From an uncultured Nitrospirales bacterium (GTDB lineage: Bacteria; Nitrospirota; Thermodesulfovibrionia; UBA6902; BMS3Bbin08), in contig CAZNPC010000003.1 of assembly GCA_964574765.1 (NCBI GenBank), positions 1 through 60,613 of the forward strand: DNA of 60,613 nt, given 5' to 3'. Positions 29,011 through 38,009 of this stretch are shown here, in pieces. The notes under the pieces were generated by a model. It had not been told where the DNA came from. It searched no databases and worked only from the letters and a program-made list of their open reading frames with translations. Both the position numbers and the translations under genes were made by a program. The number at the start of each line of letters is the position of its first letter. The stretch's first letter is position 1.

Positions 29011-30222
29011 CTACGATATCTGATTTAAAATTATCTCTACCTTTCCTATTACTTCATCAATATTTATGGAAGAAAGGCATTCTACATTTCTTTTGCAGCG
29101 CGGCGTATATCCAAATTTTATGCATGGACCACATACAAGATGCTTATTTAAAACTATATGCTGTTTTCCTCTCGGTGCCCACTTCTTCTCAATGCTCGCA
29201 CCAAAAAGTGAAATAGTAGGTGTACCAACACCATAGGCTATATGCATTATGCCTGAATCAGATGTTATCAGTAATTTACTCATCCTTAGCAGAGAGGCAA
29301 CCTCCCTAAGACTTGTCTTTCCAACAAGGTCAATATTGTCTGTTACATATTTTTTCATTATATCAGCATCTGTTCTGTCAGCCTTTGAGCCAAGCACCAC
29401 TATAGTATAACCTTTATCTCTCAATACCTTTGCTGCTTTTCCAAATCGTTCACCGCCCCATCTTTTTTCCCTGACAGTTGATCCTAGGAAGATAGAAATA
29501 ATCCTATTGTGGTGTTTATTTAAGAAGTCCAAAAGCTTTGGGGAGGTTCTATCCACTCTATCAATAAATGGTTCTTCTACATTGAATTTAGGCACTTCAT
29601 TCAGCAAAGGCTCGATTAGATGTAAAAAGCTATATGCCTCATAATCATCATGACTGTATGGAATCCTGCAGGTAAATAATTTCCCTCTTTCGTTAGTATC
29701 AAAGCCTATCCTTATAGGTGCACCTGTTAAATAGGAAACAACTGCTGAGAGCCTGTGCCACTGCTCAGTATCAATAACTACATCATATCTATTCCTGAGA
29801 CATCTGATAAAACCAAGCCCCTTATCGTAGAGATAAATCCTGTTTGCGCCGTACTCCCGCTTCTTGCTTTCGCCTGCTGCCACGTCTTGCCCCTGCGTCT
29901 TCCTGTCGGAAGACAGGAGCTGGGGCAGAGGCACGCAAGAAAGCGGCCGGGGTGTAGGGTTTATATCTTTAGAAAGCCTAAATATATCCGCATTTCTTTT
30001 TTCACAAAGGAGGTCAATCTCGGAGTCAGGAAAGTTTTCTCTCAGTGATTTAATCGCCGGCAAAAGAAGCGCTGCATCACCAATGCCGCCCGGGCGGATG
30101 AGTAATATTTTTTTAATCTTTTTGGGGGGGTCTTTATGATTCTTTTTTATCCTGAGAAGTAAAAATACAAGGGGCTTGCCAATAATTCTGTCAATAAACT
30201 TTAAGAGTTTTATCTTGTTCAT
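29011..30222 (-). CDS. Glycosyltransferase family 9 (heptosyltransferase-like) with internal insertion
   Basis: IRPGGIGDAALLLPAI N-domain. C-domain LITSDSGIMHIAYGVGTPTISLFG. About 38 aa of GC-rich insert. Confidence 0.8.
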   Translation of the reverse strand: MNKIKLLKFIDRIIGKPLVFLLLRIKKNHKDPPKKIKKILLIRPGGIGDAALLLPAIKSLRENFPDSEIDLLCEKRNADIFRLSKDINPTPRPLSCVPLPQLLSSDRKTQGQDVAAGESKKREYGANRIYLYDKGLGFIRCLRNRYDVVIDTEQWHRLSAVVSYLTGAPIRIGFDTNERGKLFTCRIPYSHDDYEAYSFLHLIEPLLNEVPKFNVEEPFIDRVDRTSPKLLDFLNKHHNRIISIFLGSTVREKRWGGERFGKAAKVLRDKGYTIVVLGSKADRTDADIMKKYVTDNIDLVGKTSLREVASLLRMSKLLITSDSGIMHIAYGVGTPTISLFGASIEKKWAPRGKQHIVLNKHLVCGPCIKFGYTPRCKRNVECLSSINIDEVIGKVEIILNQIS

Positions 30223-30227
30223 TTCCT

Positions 30228-30926
30228 TTAAGTATTATTCTTCTGAGCTACTACGATTAATGATTCACCCCAATCAACCGGCCATAGAAGACGCCCGGTG
30301 ATGACTTGAATTGCCGGCATGGGATAGAAAATAAGTTTTTGCAGCCACACTGGTATATGCTGCAAATAAGGAACGTCCCATAGACCGTCCGTTCCCGTTT
30401 TTAATATTTTAAAACCAGCAGATTCTGTCCAGGAAAGCCACTTCTCAGCAGGGTAGAGTGACACATGGGAAGGGTCTCCATAACCAAACCATCGTTGCTT
30501 CTTTATCCTGTGTCCTATCCCTGAGGTATTTGGGACAACATATATCAACACGCCTGTATCATTGAGAATTTTAGAAAATAGCGAAAGAGTTTTAAGGGGA
30601 TCTGTCAGGTGCTCCAGAACATGAAGAGAAACAATGAGGTCAAACGTGTTCTGTTTTAAGGATTCAGGAGAATAGCAAATCTTGGCATTTGCGGCAACCA
30701 CCTTCACAGACTCAATCGCATAGGGAGAAACATCATAAGCCCATGCTTTATATCCTTTCTTGAAACGCTTAATAAAATGGCCTGTGCCGCATCCGTAGTC
30801 CAGTACCTTCCCAGATCGGATAATTGATGTTGCCAGGCGATAGTAAAAGCCTAACGCAATTCGGTCTTCAGACTGTCTATTTGCCTGATAGTAAGACTTG
30901 TCATAGTTTAGAGACTTATCACTCAT
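30228..30926 (-). CDS. Class I SAM-dependent methyltransferase
   Basis: Motif I VLDYGCGTG; post-I and motif II spacing typical of Methyltransf_11/23. Confidence 0.8.
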   Translation of the reverse strand: MSDKSLNYDKSYYQANRQSEDRIALGFYYRLATSIIRSGKVLDYGCGTGHFIKRFKKGYKAWAYDVSPYAIESVKVVAANAKICYSPESLKQNTFDLIVSLHVLEHLTDPLKTLSLFSKILNDTGVLIYVVPNTSGIGHRIKKQRWFGYGDPSHVSLYPAEKWLSWTESAGFKILKTGTDGLWDVPYLQHIPVWLQKLIFYPMPAIQVITGRLLWPVDWGESLIVVAQKNNT

Positions 30927-30949
30927 CTGATATTTTCTGGAAATGTTCT

Positions 30950-31864
30950 CTATTCATACACAGGCTTATCCTTCCACCTCTTAGAGCATATACTCAACAA
31001 TGGAGCGATTAAGAATCCACAACTTATTTTACCCCACTGCCTGAGCCTTAGTGATGGGAGGAGCATGAATGGTAGAAATCTAAGGGCATTTACATAGCAG
31101 AGAAGCCAGACAGGCAAACTATACCTTCTGCGCATTCTGAAAAATGAAATTCCACTGCTAATGGGCTTTTTCCATGAAGTAAAATAAAAAGGCGGGTGGT
31201 AGTAAAGGAGTTCTTTTTCACGATATATCGTACCACCGGTTACTGAAAAACGAATCGAGAGCTCTATATCTTCATATGAAGTCATCTCATTAAAGAATCC
31301 TCCAAGTTCTATGAAAGTCTGCCTTTTATATGCCACACAGCGGCTGGCAAAGGAGTATCCATCCAGATATGAGTCTCCATATTTTAGCAGACAGCGCTCT
31401 GCTTCTCCCGGTATTAGTATACAATCAATATCAGGCATCCTTTGAAACCGTTTACCCAGGGTTCTAAGAAAATGACTCTGCAAAATAACGGTGTCGTCAT
31501 CTAAGAAAAGTATATATGAACCATTAGAAAGTTCCAGCCCCTGATTTCTCAAAGCACCAACTGAGAATAAACGTTCCTTGTTGGTTTTTAATTGTAAGTT
31601 TAGGGAGTTGTTATATTTGTTGACAATCTTCTCGGTTTCTATACTATGACCATCCTCTATGACTATCACCTCAAAGGAATCTTTGTCCATATTTTGCAAG
31701 GAAAGACATATCAGGATCCTGTCAAGCTCAAAGACTCTATTATGAGTAGGTATTATACAAGAAATAATCCTATCGTCTTTGTCCTCAATATCGACATCAC
31801 CCTTAACGTCGAATGGGAACATTTTAAACATATATTGAAGCACCTTGTTTTTCATCTCAAGCAT
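30950..31864 (-). CDS. Glycosyltransferase family 2 with C-terminal membrane segment
   Basis: IIPTHNR, FLDDDT (DXD), and a hydrophobic C-terminus (VWLLCYVNALRFLPFMLLP). Confidence 0.75.
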   Translation of the reverse strand: MLEMKNKVLQYMFKMFPFDVKGDVDIEDKDDRIISCIIPTHNRVFELDRILICLSLQNMDKDSFEVIVIEDGHSIETEKIVNKYNNSLNLQLKTNKERLFSVGALRNQGLELSNGSYILFLDDDTVILQSHFLRTLGKRFQRMPDIDCILIPGEAERCLLKYGDSYLDGYSFASRCVAYKRQTFIELGGFFNEMTSYEDIELSIRFSVTGGTIYREKELLYYHPPFYFTSWKKPISSGISFFRMRRRYSLPVWLLCYVNALRFLPFMLLPSLRLRQWGKISCGFLIAPLLSICSKRWKDKPVYE

Positions 31865-31875
31865 AGTTACGCGTT

Positions 31876-32832
31876 TTAATCCCAGATATGAAAGTCAAGT
31901 CCTTCTTTGTTACTCACATACAACTTTTTTACCCACTCACCCCATTTTTTCAGAGGATACAAAGGTAATCTCCTATTAATCTGAATATATTTAAAAAACG
32001 TCCCAAAGAGTATCAGTGGTATAGCAAACAATAATGATAGTTTAGTCTTGGACATAAATATAGCCTTTATGCAGCGATATATCGCTGGCGGACTAACAAT
32101 CACGTAATACCTTTTTAAGAGCATTATCTCTTCTTTTGATAAATCAACCCAGTTACTCATATTCTTTGACCCCTTATATATCCTGAATGTGGCAAGGTAT
32201 TTATTAATATATGTAAAGTCAAACTCTCTGCTTGCCCTTATCCACAGGTCATAGTCCATACAGTAATGGAGGGACTCATCTAACATATCGATCCGATCGA
32301 AAACCCTCTTATGCAAAAAGACAGTTGGTTGAAGTATATAATTTATTTCCGGCAGGAGTTCTTTGGCAAAGCGGTCAGTATTGAATTTGCTGATAATGCT
32401 GCCTTCTTCATCTACAAAATAACCCTCACCATATATAACAGCTGTGTCAGGGTTTTGAGTAAACAAACCAGCAATCTCTTTCAGGGCCTCAGGCAGCAGT
32501 GTATCATCAGAGTTTAGCCAGCCGAGAATCCCGCCTTCTGCCATAGCCCATCCCCTGTTAACAGCATCTGACTGCCCCCTGTCCTTGTTGCTTAACCACC
32601 GGTATTTGATCCTTTTGCACCGGATTGTCCATCTTCCATCTTTGAGTAATTGTTCATATTTCTTTATTATTTCAACAGAGTTGTCTTCAGAACCGCCATC
32701 CATGATAATGTAGTCAATATAAAAATTCCCCTCCTGGCTGAGAACGCTTTTGATGGTATCTTCTATGAACTGCCCCTGATTATATGAAGGTGTTACAATG
32801 GAAACAATGGGAATTTCATTTTGTCTTTTCAT
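31876..32832 (-). CDS. Glycosyltransferase family 2 with C-terminal TM helix
   Basis: VSIVTPSYNQ, MDGGSEDNS, WLNSDD, and the C-terminal helix LLFAIPLILFGTFF. Confidence 0.85.
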   Translation of the reverse strand: MKRQNEIPIVSIVTPSYNQGQFIEDTIKSVLSQEGNFYIDYIIMDGGSEDNSVEIIKKYEQLLKDGRWTIRCKRIKYRWLSNKDRGQSDAVNRGWAMAEGGILGWLNSDDTLLPEALKEIAGLFTQNPDTAVIYGEGYFVDEEGSIISKFNTDRFAKELLPEINYILQPTVFLHKRVFDRIDMLDESLHYCMDYDLWIRASREFDFTYINKYLATFRIYKGSKNMSNWVDLSKEEIMLLKRYYVIVSPPAIYRCIKAIFMSKTKLSLLFAIPLILFGTFFKYIQINRRLPLYPLKKWGEWVKKLYVSNKEGLDFHIWD

Positions 32833-32981
32833 GACTCGGTTTCCTTGCTCATCTCCACTACAAAAAGGAACGCACTGTTTTTCGCGATTACAGAATATTT
32901 CGATTGTATTTGAGACTGGAATAGGACTGTCAGGATTTTTTTTTGAGGCATCCTGTTTATCCTGCCAAAGGTCCTTTATTA

Positions 32982-33818
32982 TTAATTATACCTGATTAAT
33001 CCAACGAGCAACAGCCACAGCACCACTGTTAATGCCATCCATTTATCCCTGGTCATTGCCTCTGTCGGGTCACCCATCCCCTGCTTTGAAAGCATTATAT
33101 ACCTGAAAAGACCAAAGGTCACAACGGGGATCGTATAAATAAAATCCTGAAACTGTTCCACCGAATATAGGGCATAAGCCATTAATGACACAGATGAAGA
33201 TATTATCAGGATTTCATTAAGGGTAGATGCTGAGTAATAACGGAGACTTTTTCTGTGTTTCTCGGCTTTTTCATTTAGCAGACTGACCTCACCGATCCTT
33301 TTCCCCGCAGCAAGCACAAGGGATATCGTAAACATCGTCAGCAAAAGCCAATGAGACACCTCTACATTAAAGGCAGCCCCCCCTGCAAGCACCCTGATTA
33401 CAAACCCTGATGCAATACAAAATATATCAACTATGGCGATATTTTTGAGATATGTGGAATAAGCTGCCTGAATAAAAAGATACGAGAAAATACAATAAAA
33501 AAAAGCAGGTGCAATCGCATATGACAGAATAAGTGAAGGGACTATCAGGAAAACCGCAAATACTGAGGCCTGCCTCTTGCTAATGCTATTAGAAGCAATG
33601 GGTCTTTTCTTCTTCTCAGGGTGAAGCCTGTCGTTTTCAATATCTTTTATATCATTAAATATGTATGCAGCGCTTGCACAAAGCGAAAAAGCTATAAATG
33701 CCGGCAAGGCCATAAGTAGTGTTTCTTCAAAGAATAGTCTGCCTCCAAAAAAAGGGGCGGCAAAGAGGAGAATGTTTTTAAGCCAGTGTTTAGGGCGAAG
33801 GAGATTTAGGTAATTCAT
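32982..33818 (-). CDS. UbiA-family polyprenyl-phosphate phosphoribosyltransferase-like protein (DPPR synthase family)
   Basis: LRPKHWLKNILLFAAPFF N-terminus and NDIKDIENDRLHPEKKKRPIAS (NDxxDxxxD...RP), about 8 TM helices. The pattern resembles mycobacterial Rv3806c-type enzymes. Confidence 0.75.
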   Translation of the reverse strand: MNYLNLLRPKHWLKNILLFAAPFFGGRLFFEETLLMALPAFIAFSLCASAAYIFNDIKDIENDRLHPEKKKRPIASNSISKRQASVFAVFLIVPSLILSYAIAPAFFYCIFSYLFIQAAYSTYLKNIAIVDIFCIASGFVIRVLAGGAAFNVEVSHWLLLTMFTISLVLAAGKRIGEVSLLNEKAEKHRKSLRYYSASTLNEILIISSSVSLMAYALYSVEQFQDFIYTIPVVTFGLFRYIMLSKQGMGDPTEAMTRDKWMALTVVLWLLLVGLIRYN

Positions 33819-35532
33819 TTTTCATGGAACTCCTTATCCTGGATATTGCGTTTTGAGCCTTTGCAAATAGAGGGCTGCGAGAGTCTTTATCTAAAATTTC
33901 CTCGTAATATTTAAGGGCCTCTTCTTTTCGATCCAGAAGTTCACATACATGAGCTAAACCATATTTTGAAGCAATATATCCTGGCTCGATTTCTGAAGCA
34001 TATTTATACATGGAATATGCACCCCTCAGGAATGTTATATCCCTATACTGCTTATACTTCAAAAGGTAAACTGTCCCGAGATTATGATACATTGATCCCT
34101 TTGGCTGCTTATAACCAATTGCTTTCAATAAATACCTCTCAGCAGTATCAAGTTCCATCCTTTCAATATATATCATTCCAAGTATGGAATATGCTTTAGC
34201 CATAAAATTAGCCTTTACACTTTCTTTCCCCCTCAATACATCAATATTCTTTATCACATAATTTGCCTCTTTTTCTGACTCATCATATTTTTTTACATTA
34301 TATAATGAGTAGCCAAGCAACAAGCGCGCCACAGCAGAATCTTTATTCTTTTTTACCTCATAACTCCAGAGCGATACATTATCTTTCCAGTTCATATTTC
34401 TCCGGTGAAGATTCACACCATAAAACATTACCAGAACAGTAATCAGTAAGATACTTATATATTTCCTGTTAATTTTGCTGATACCATAAGCAGTAATGAT
34501 GGAAAAACCAAAAACAGGCAGGTACAGGTACCTGATTGCAACAGGCGAAGGGAGCGCGTCCATAAAAATAACGGGGATAGTTGGCAAAATAGTTAATATT
34601 ATAAATATAAGTCCGAATATTAGTATCCGGGATCTTCTTATTAAGGCCATCAAAAGAAAAGAGATAAAGAAAACCGGCAGGATTAAATTATCAATATGGT
34701 GAATATCCGGGAATAAAGTCATATTAAAGGGTAGGGCAAGTTTTTTGATATAAAAACCGAAACTATAAAGGACTTCCTTTATTAAAAGAAATAAATTATT
34801 AAAACCTTCTACATTGCTCTGCCCATTACTTTCTATGCTGATAGCGGGGTTAGGAATCTTCCTCAGCAAAAAATAAATTACAATTATTACAAAAAGAACC
34901 GCCTGTGAAAAGATTAAATCCTTTATCTTCTTTTTCTTAATAACTGCATCATAAGATAATACGACCAATGGAAAAACAATACCAACCTCCTTTCCAAACA
35001 ATGAGAAGAGAAAAAATAGCGCACTCAGGAACAGGATAGTTAGATTATCTTTTTTCCTGAAAAGCATGTATGAAAGAAGGGCAAGGAAAAAGAAAAGAGT
35101 TGAAATTATATCTGTACGGCCTGCTATCCAGGCAGCGGAGTCCGCGTGCGCCGGATGAAGAATAAATAAGAGTGCTGTAAGTGAAGATAGAAAATATCTT
35201 TTATCTTCAAAGAGATATGAGGCAACAAGAAATACTATGGCCCCAGTGATGCTGTTTAAAAGGATATTTGTAAGGTGGAACCCCATTGGGTTTAAATACC
35301 AGAGTGTGTAATCAAGACCAAGCGTCAGGGCAGAAAAGGGTCTATAATAATTCGCACCTCCGCCAAGGTAAAGACCATATCCTCTTATCCCCTGTACTTG
35401 AGAGGAGATGATGCTCACATCATCTCCTACAAAAGAGTGCCCTAATGACGGAAGATATAAAAAAAAGGAAATAATAAAAATTGTTAAGGCTATAAGTATT
35501 TTATTCCTCACATCAGCTTCTGGAATTCTCAT
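33790..35532 (-). CDS. GT-C fold membrane glycosyltransferase with C-terminal TPR domain (TMTC/PMT_2-like)
   Basis: First-loop FVGDD motif followed by YYRPFSALTLGLDY..GFHLTNILLN. About 11 TM helices. C-terminal ~180 aa of TPR repeats. Confidence 0.7.
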   Translation of the reverse strand: MRIPEADVRNKILIALTIFIISFFLYLPSLGHSFVGDDVSIISSQVQGIRGYGLYLGGGANYYRPFSALTLGLDYTLWYLNPMGFHLTNILLNSITGAIVFLVASYLFEDKRYFLSSLTALLFILHPAHADSAAWIAGRTDIISTLFFFLALLSYMLFRKKDNLTILFLSALFFLFSLFGKEVGIVFPLVVLSYDAVIKKKKIKDLIFSQAVLFVIIVIYFLLRKIPNPAISIESNGQSNVEGFNNLFLLIKEVLYSFGFYIKKLALPFNMTLFPDIHHIDNLILPVFFISFLLMALIRRSRILIFGLIFIILTILPTIPVIFMDALPSPVAIRYLYLPVFGFSIITAYGISKINRKYISILLITVLVMFYGVNLHRRNMNWKDNVSLWSYEVKKNKDSAVARLLLGYSLYNVKKYDESEKEANYVIKNIDVLRGKESVKANFMAKAYSILGMIYIERMELDTAERYLLKAIGYKQPKGSMYHNLGTVYLLKYKQYRDITFLRGAYSMYKYASEIEPGYIASKYGLAHVCELLDRKEEALKYYEEILDKDSRSPLFAKAQNAISRIRSSMKNELPKSPSP

Positions 35533-35709
35533 TCAACTATACATAGCGTCTTAAGAAACGGCGCATAACTCCCTTATTTTATACATAATTTATGATTATT
35601 ATAGCAAAAAGGTATTGCCTATGCAATTGTATTACCTGTTATCGGGCTTCTTTCATCTCTCTTAATAATACCCTTGAGAAATTAATAAACAACTACTATT
35701 ATAATATCT

Positions 35710-37170
35710 ATGTCGAGAACAATAAAAACAATAACTGTAATAGTCTTTTGTATCTGGGCTGCCTTAATATCTATCCTGCTGTACAAAAACTACGCTGGAA
35801 CTCCATTAGAAAAAACTCAGGCATTAAAGGAGGCTTTTGATAAGAAAACATACTGGTATGATATTTATATAGGAACGAGAAAGACAGGTTTTGCAATGAC
35901 TACCTTTGAAAAGGCAGGCAACGAAATCATAATAAAACATAAGCGCGAAATAAAAGTTAAAAAGAATGGAGAAGAAACACTGCTTATTGAAAACCTGAAA
36001 ACTCTTTGTGATTTAAATTATTCAATAAAAACATTCGAGTATACCTCAAATTTTAAGGGCGAGAAAGGAATTAAAGCCCGCGGCGAGGTGGACGAGGACG
36101 AAATAATCGTTTTCCTTGAATCCCCTGAAAAGAGAAAGACACATAAAATATCAACAAGGGGAGAAGATTTTTACTTCCCCATGACGCTCATACCTGTTAT
36201 TCACCGGGAATCTCCGTTACCCAATAAGCCTTACCTTGTCCCCATGCTTGACCTTAATATCCTGTCAGTGAACGATGTAAGAGTTGTTCTGGAGGAGATC
36301 AGACCAATAAAGGTAGGTATAAACATACCAAGTTTATATAAGTTCAGGGTAGGAGACACGATTATATGGACTAATGACAATGGCATGATTATTAAAGAAG
36401 AGTTTCCATCGGGAATGACTCTTTATTCACAGTTTAAAGACACAGCGATGGACCCTTCTGACAGGCCACTTTTTGACTTTACGTCCCTGCCGTATTTTAA
36501 ATCCAACATGATATTTCCTGATACTCGGGAATTGACCCGTTTAAGTCTGAAGGTAGAAGGTTTTGAATTGGATCCCGAAATTTATAACAAGAGCAATATA
36601 GTGCTGGACAAAGATATCCTTACTATTAATAAAATCAACGTTGAAGAATTAAAAGAAAAACTATATAAACTTCCATATAATAAAGCAGATTTGACAGAGT
36701 ATTTGAATCCGGACAAATGGGTCTTAAGTGATTACAAACCCTTACGGGACACGGCTCTTTCATATGTTAGGACTTATGCAAGCGATCCTGTATCGTTTGC
36801 AAGGTACGTGAATGGATATATGGACGGCCTTATAAGGGTACAGCCTGTATTTGCTCTTTCAGATTCAAGGGAAATTCTCAAATCACTTTCAGGAGATTAT
36901 CTGGAAAGAACCGTGATGTTTGCTACCTATGCCCGGGCAGGAGGATTACCGACGCGTCTTGTTGGGGGACTTGTATATGTAAAAGGGTATTTTTATTTTC
37001 ACACCTGGCCTGAGATCTGGCTGGACAATTGGGTCCCTGTAGATCCAACTTTAGCCCAGTTCCCTGCTGATGTGACGCATATACCCTTAAAAGAAGGAAC
37101 TTTGACAGATATTATCTCTATAACAGATGATTTAAAAAATATTAAATTTGAGATTATGGAGGCATCATGA
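35710..37170 (+). CDS. Membrane-anchored transglutaminase-like domain protein (nucleophile Cys apparently absent)
   Basis: N-terminal TM helix. C-terminal ...RAGGLPTRLVGG...FHTWPEIW...WVPVDPT matches the TGase-core His/Asp region. The position of the catalytic Cys aligns to GDY. Confidence 0.6.
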   Translation: MSRTIKTITVIVFCIWAALISILLYKNYAGTPLEKTQALKEAFDKKTYWYDIYIGTRKTGFAMTTFEKAGNEIIIKHKREIKVKKNGEETLLIENLKTLCDLNYSIKTFEYTSNFKGEKGIKARGEVDEDEIIVFLESPEKRKTHKISTRGEDFYFPMTLIPVIHRESPLPNKPYLVPMLDLNILSVNDVRVVLEEIRPIKVGINIPSLYKFRVGDTIIWTNDNGMIIKEEFPSGMTLYSQFKDTAMDPSDRPLFDFTSLPYFKSNMIFPDTRELTRLSLKVEGFELDPEIYNKSNIVLDKDILTINKINVEELKEKLYKLPYNKADLTEYLNPDKWVLSDYKPLRDTALSYVRTYASDPVSFARYVNGYMDGLIRVQPVFALSDSREILKSLSGDYLERTVMFATYARAGGLPTRLVGGLVYVKGYFYFHTWPEIWLDNWVPVDPTLAQFPADVTHIPLKEGTLTDIISITDDLKNIKFEIMEAS

Positions 37171-37898
37171 TAGAGATGCAGAGTTGCACAAAAAAATACG
37201 GAGAACTAATCGCAGTTAATAACCTGACTCTCAAAGTTGGCGGAGCTGAAATATTCGGACTCCTTGGCCCGAATGGTGCCGGCAAATCAACAACAATAAA
37301 AATGCTTGTAGGCTTAATCAGGCCTGATTCAGGGACTGTAAAGATCGAAGGATATGACATTTCTCAGGACCCGGTCAATGCAAAAAAAATTCTGGCATAT
37401 ATCCCCGAGAAGGGCAATGTCTATGAAAAACTGTCTGCCTGGGAATATTTGACATTTATAAGCGGGCTTTATAGTTTAGATGAAAATATTTTCAGGAAAA
37501 AAGCTGAAAAGTATTTAAAAATATTCGGGCTTTATGAGTGGAAAGATGAAATAATCGGGAATTTCTCACACGGGATGAAACAGAGACTGCTGCTAACCTC
37601 TTCGTTCATGCGGACCCCAAGGGTATTAATCCTGGATGAGCCCCATAACGGGCTTGACCCAAAGGGTGTAAAGATACTAAAAGATATTTTATTTGAAGCA
37701 AAAAACGAAGGAATGACGATACTTCTCTCCACTCATATCATAGCGATCGCAGAGCAGCTATGCGATAAAATCGCGATTATCAATAAAGGCTTAATATCTG
37801 CAGAGGGAACAAATGACGACCTTAAACAATACGCTGAATCCAGCGATAAAACACTTGAAGACATTTTCCTGCGTCTCACTTCGAATTATGAAAAATAA
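37167..37898 (+). CDS. ABC transporter ATP-binding protein (ABC-2/exporter type)
   Basis: Walker A GPNGAGKST, signature FSHGMKQRL, Walker B LILDEPHNGLD. ATGA overlap with the upstream gene. Confidence 0.9.
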   Translation: MIEMQSCTKKYGELIAVNNLTLKVGGAEIFGLLGPNGAGKSTTIKMLVGLIRPDSGTVKIEGYDISQDPVNAKKILAYIPEKGNVYEKLSAWEYLTFISGLYSLDENIFRKKAEKYLKIFGLYEWKDEIIGNFSHGMKQRLLLTSSFMRTPRVLILDEPHNGLDPKGVKILKDILFEAKNEGMTILLSTHIIAIAEQLCDKIAIINKGLISAEGTNDDLKQYAESSDKTLEDIFLRLTSNYEK

Positions 37899-38009
37899 AG
37901 GGAAACTGTCAATGCAGACAGGGAATGCTGGTGATGCATTGCTACCTGCTTCTTCTTTGGAGCAACTAATTCAGAGACAGTCTCCTCTGTTGTTATTCGA
38001 GGGAACACC

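Noticed and set aside
29001-29023. ATCTGTG plus ATATCTGA at the GT9 gene 3' end, considered as another repeat-family member.
   Set aside because: Only one full core, 17-bp spacing, and overlap with the stop codon region. This is indistinguishable from the chance TCTGTG occurrences also seen inside ruvC, queA, ribE and purF.
37899-38009. Possible 5' extension of the permease gene or a small gene in the 112-nt ATPase-permease gap (ORF 37813-38013).
   Set aside because: An in-frame TGA at 37932 blocks extension. The 66-aa ORF overlaps the ATPase 3' end and has no SD or domain signal.
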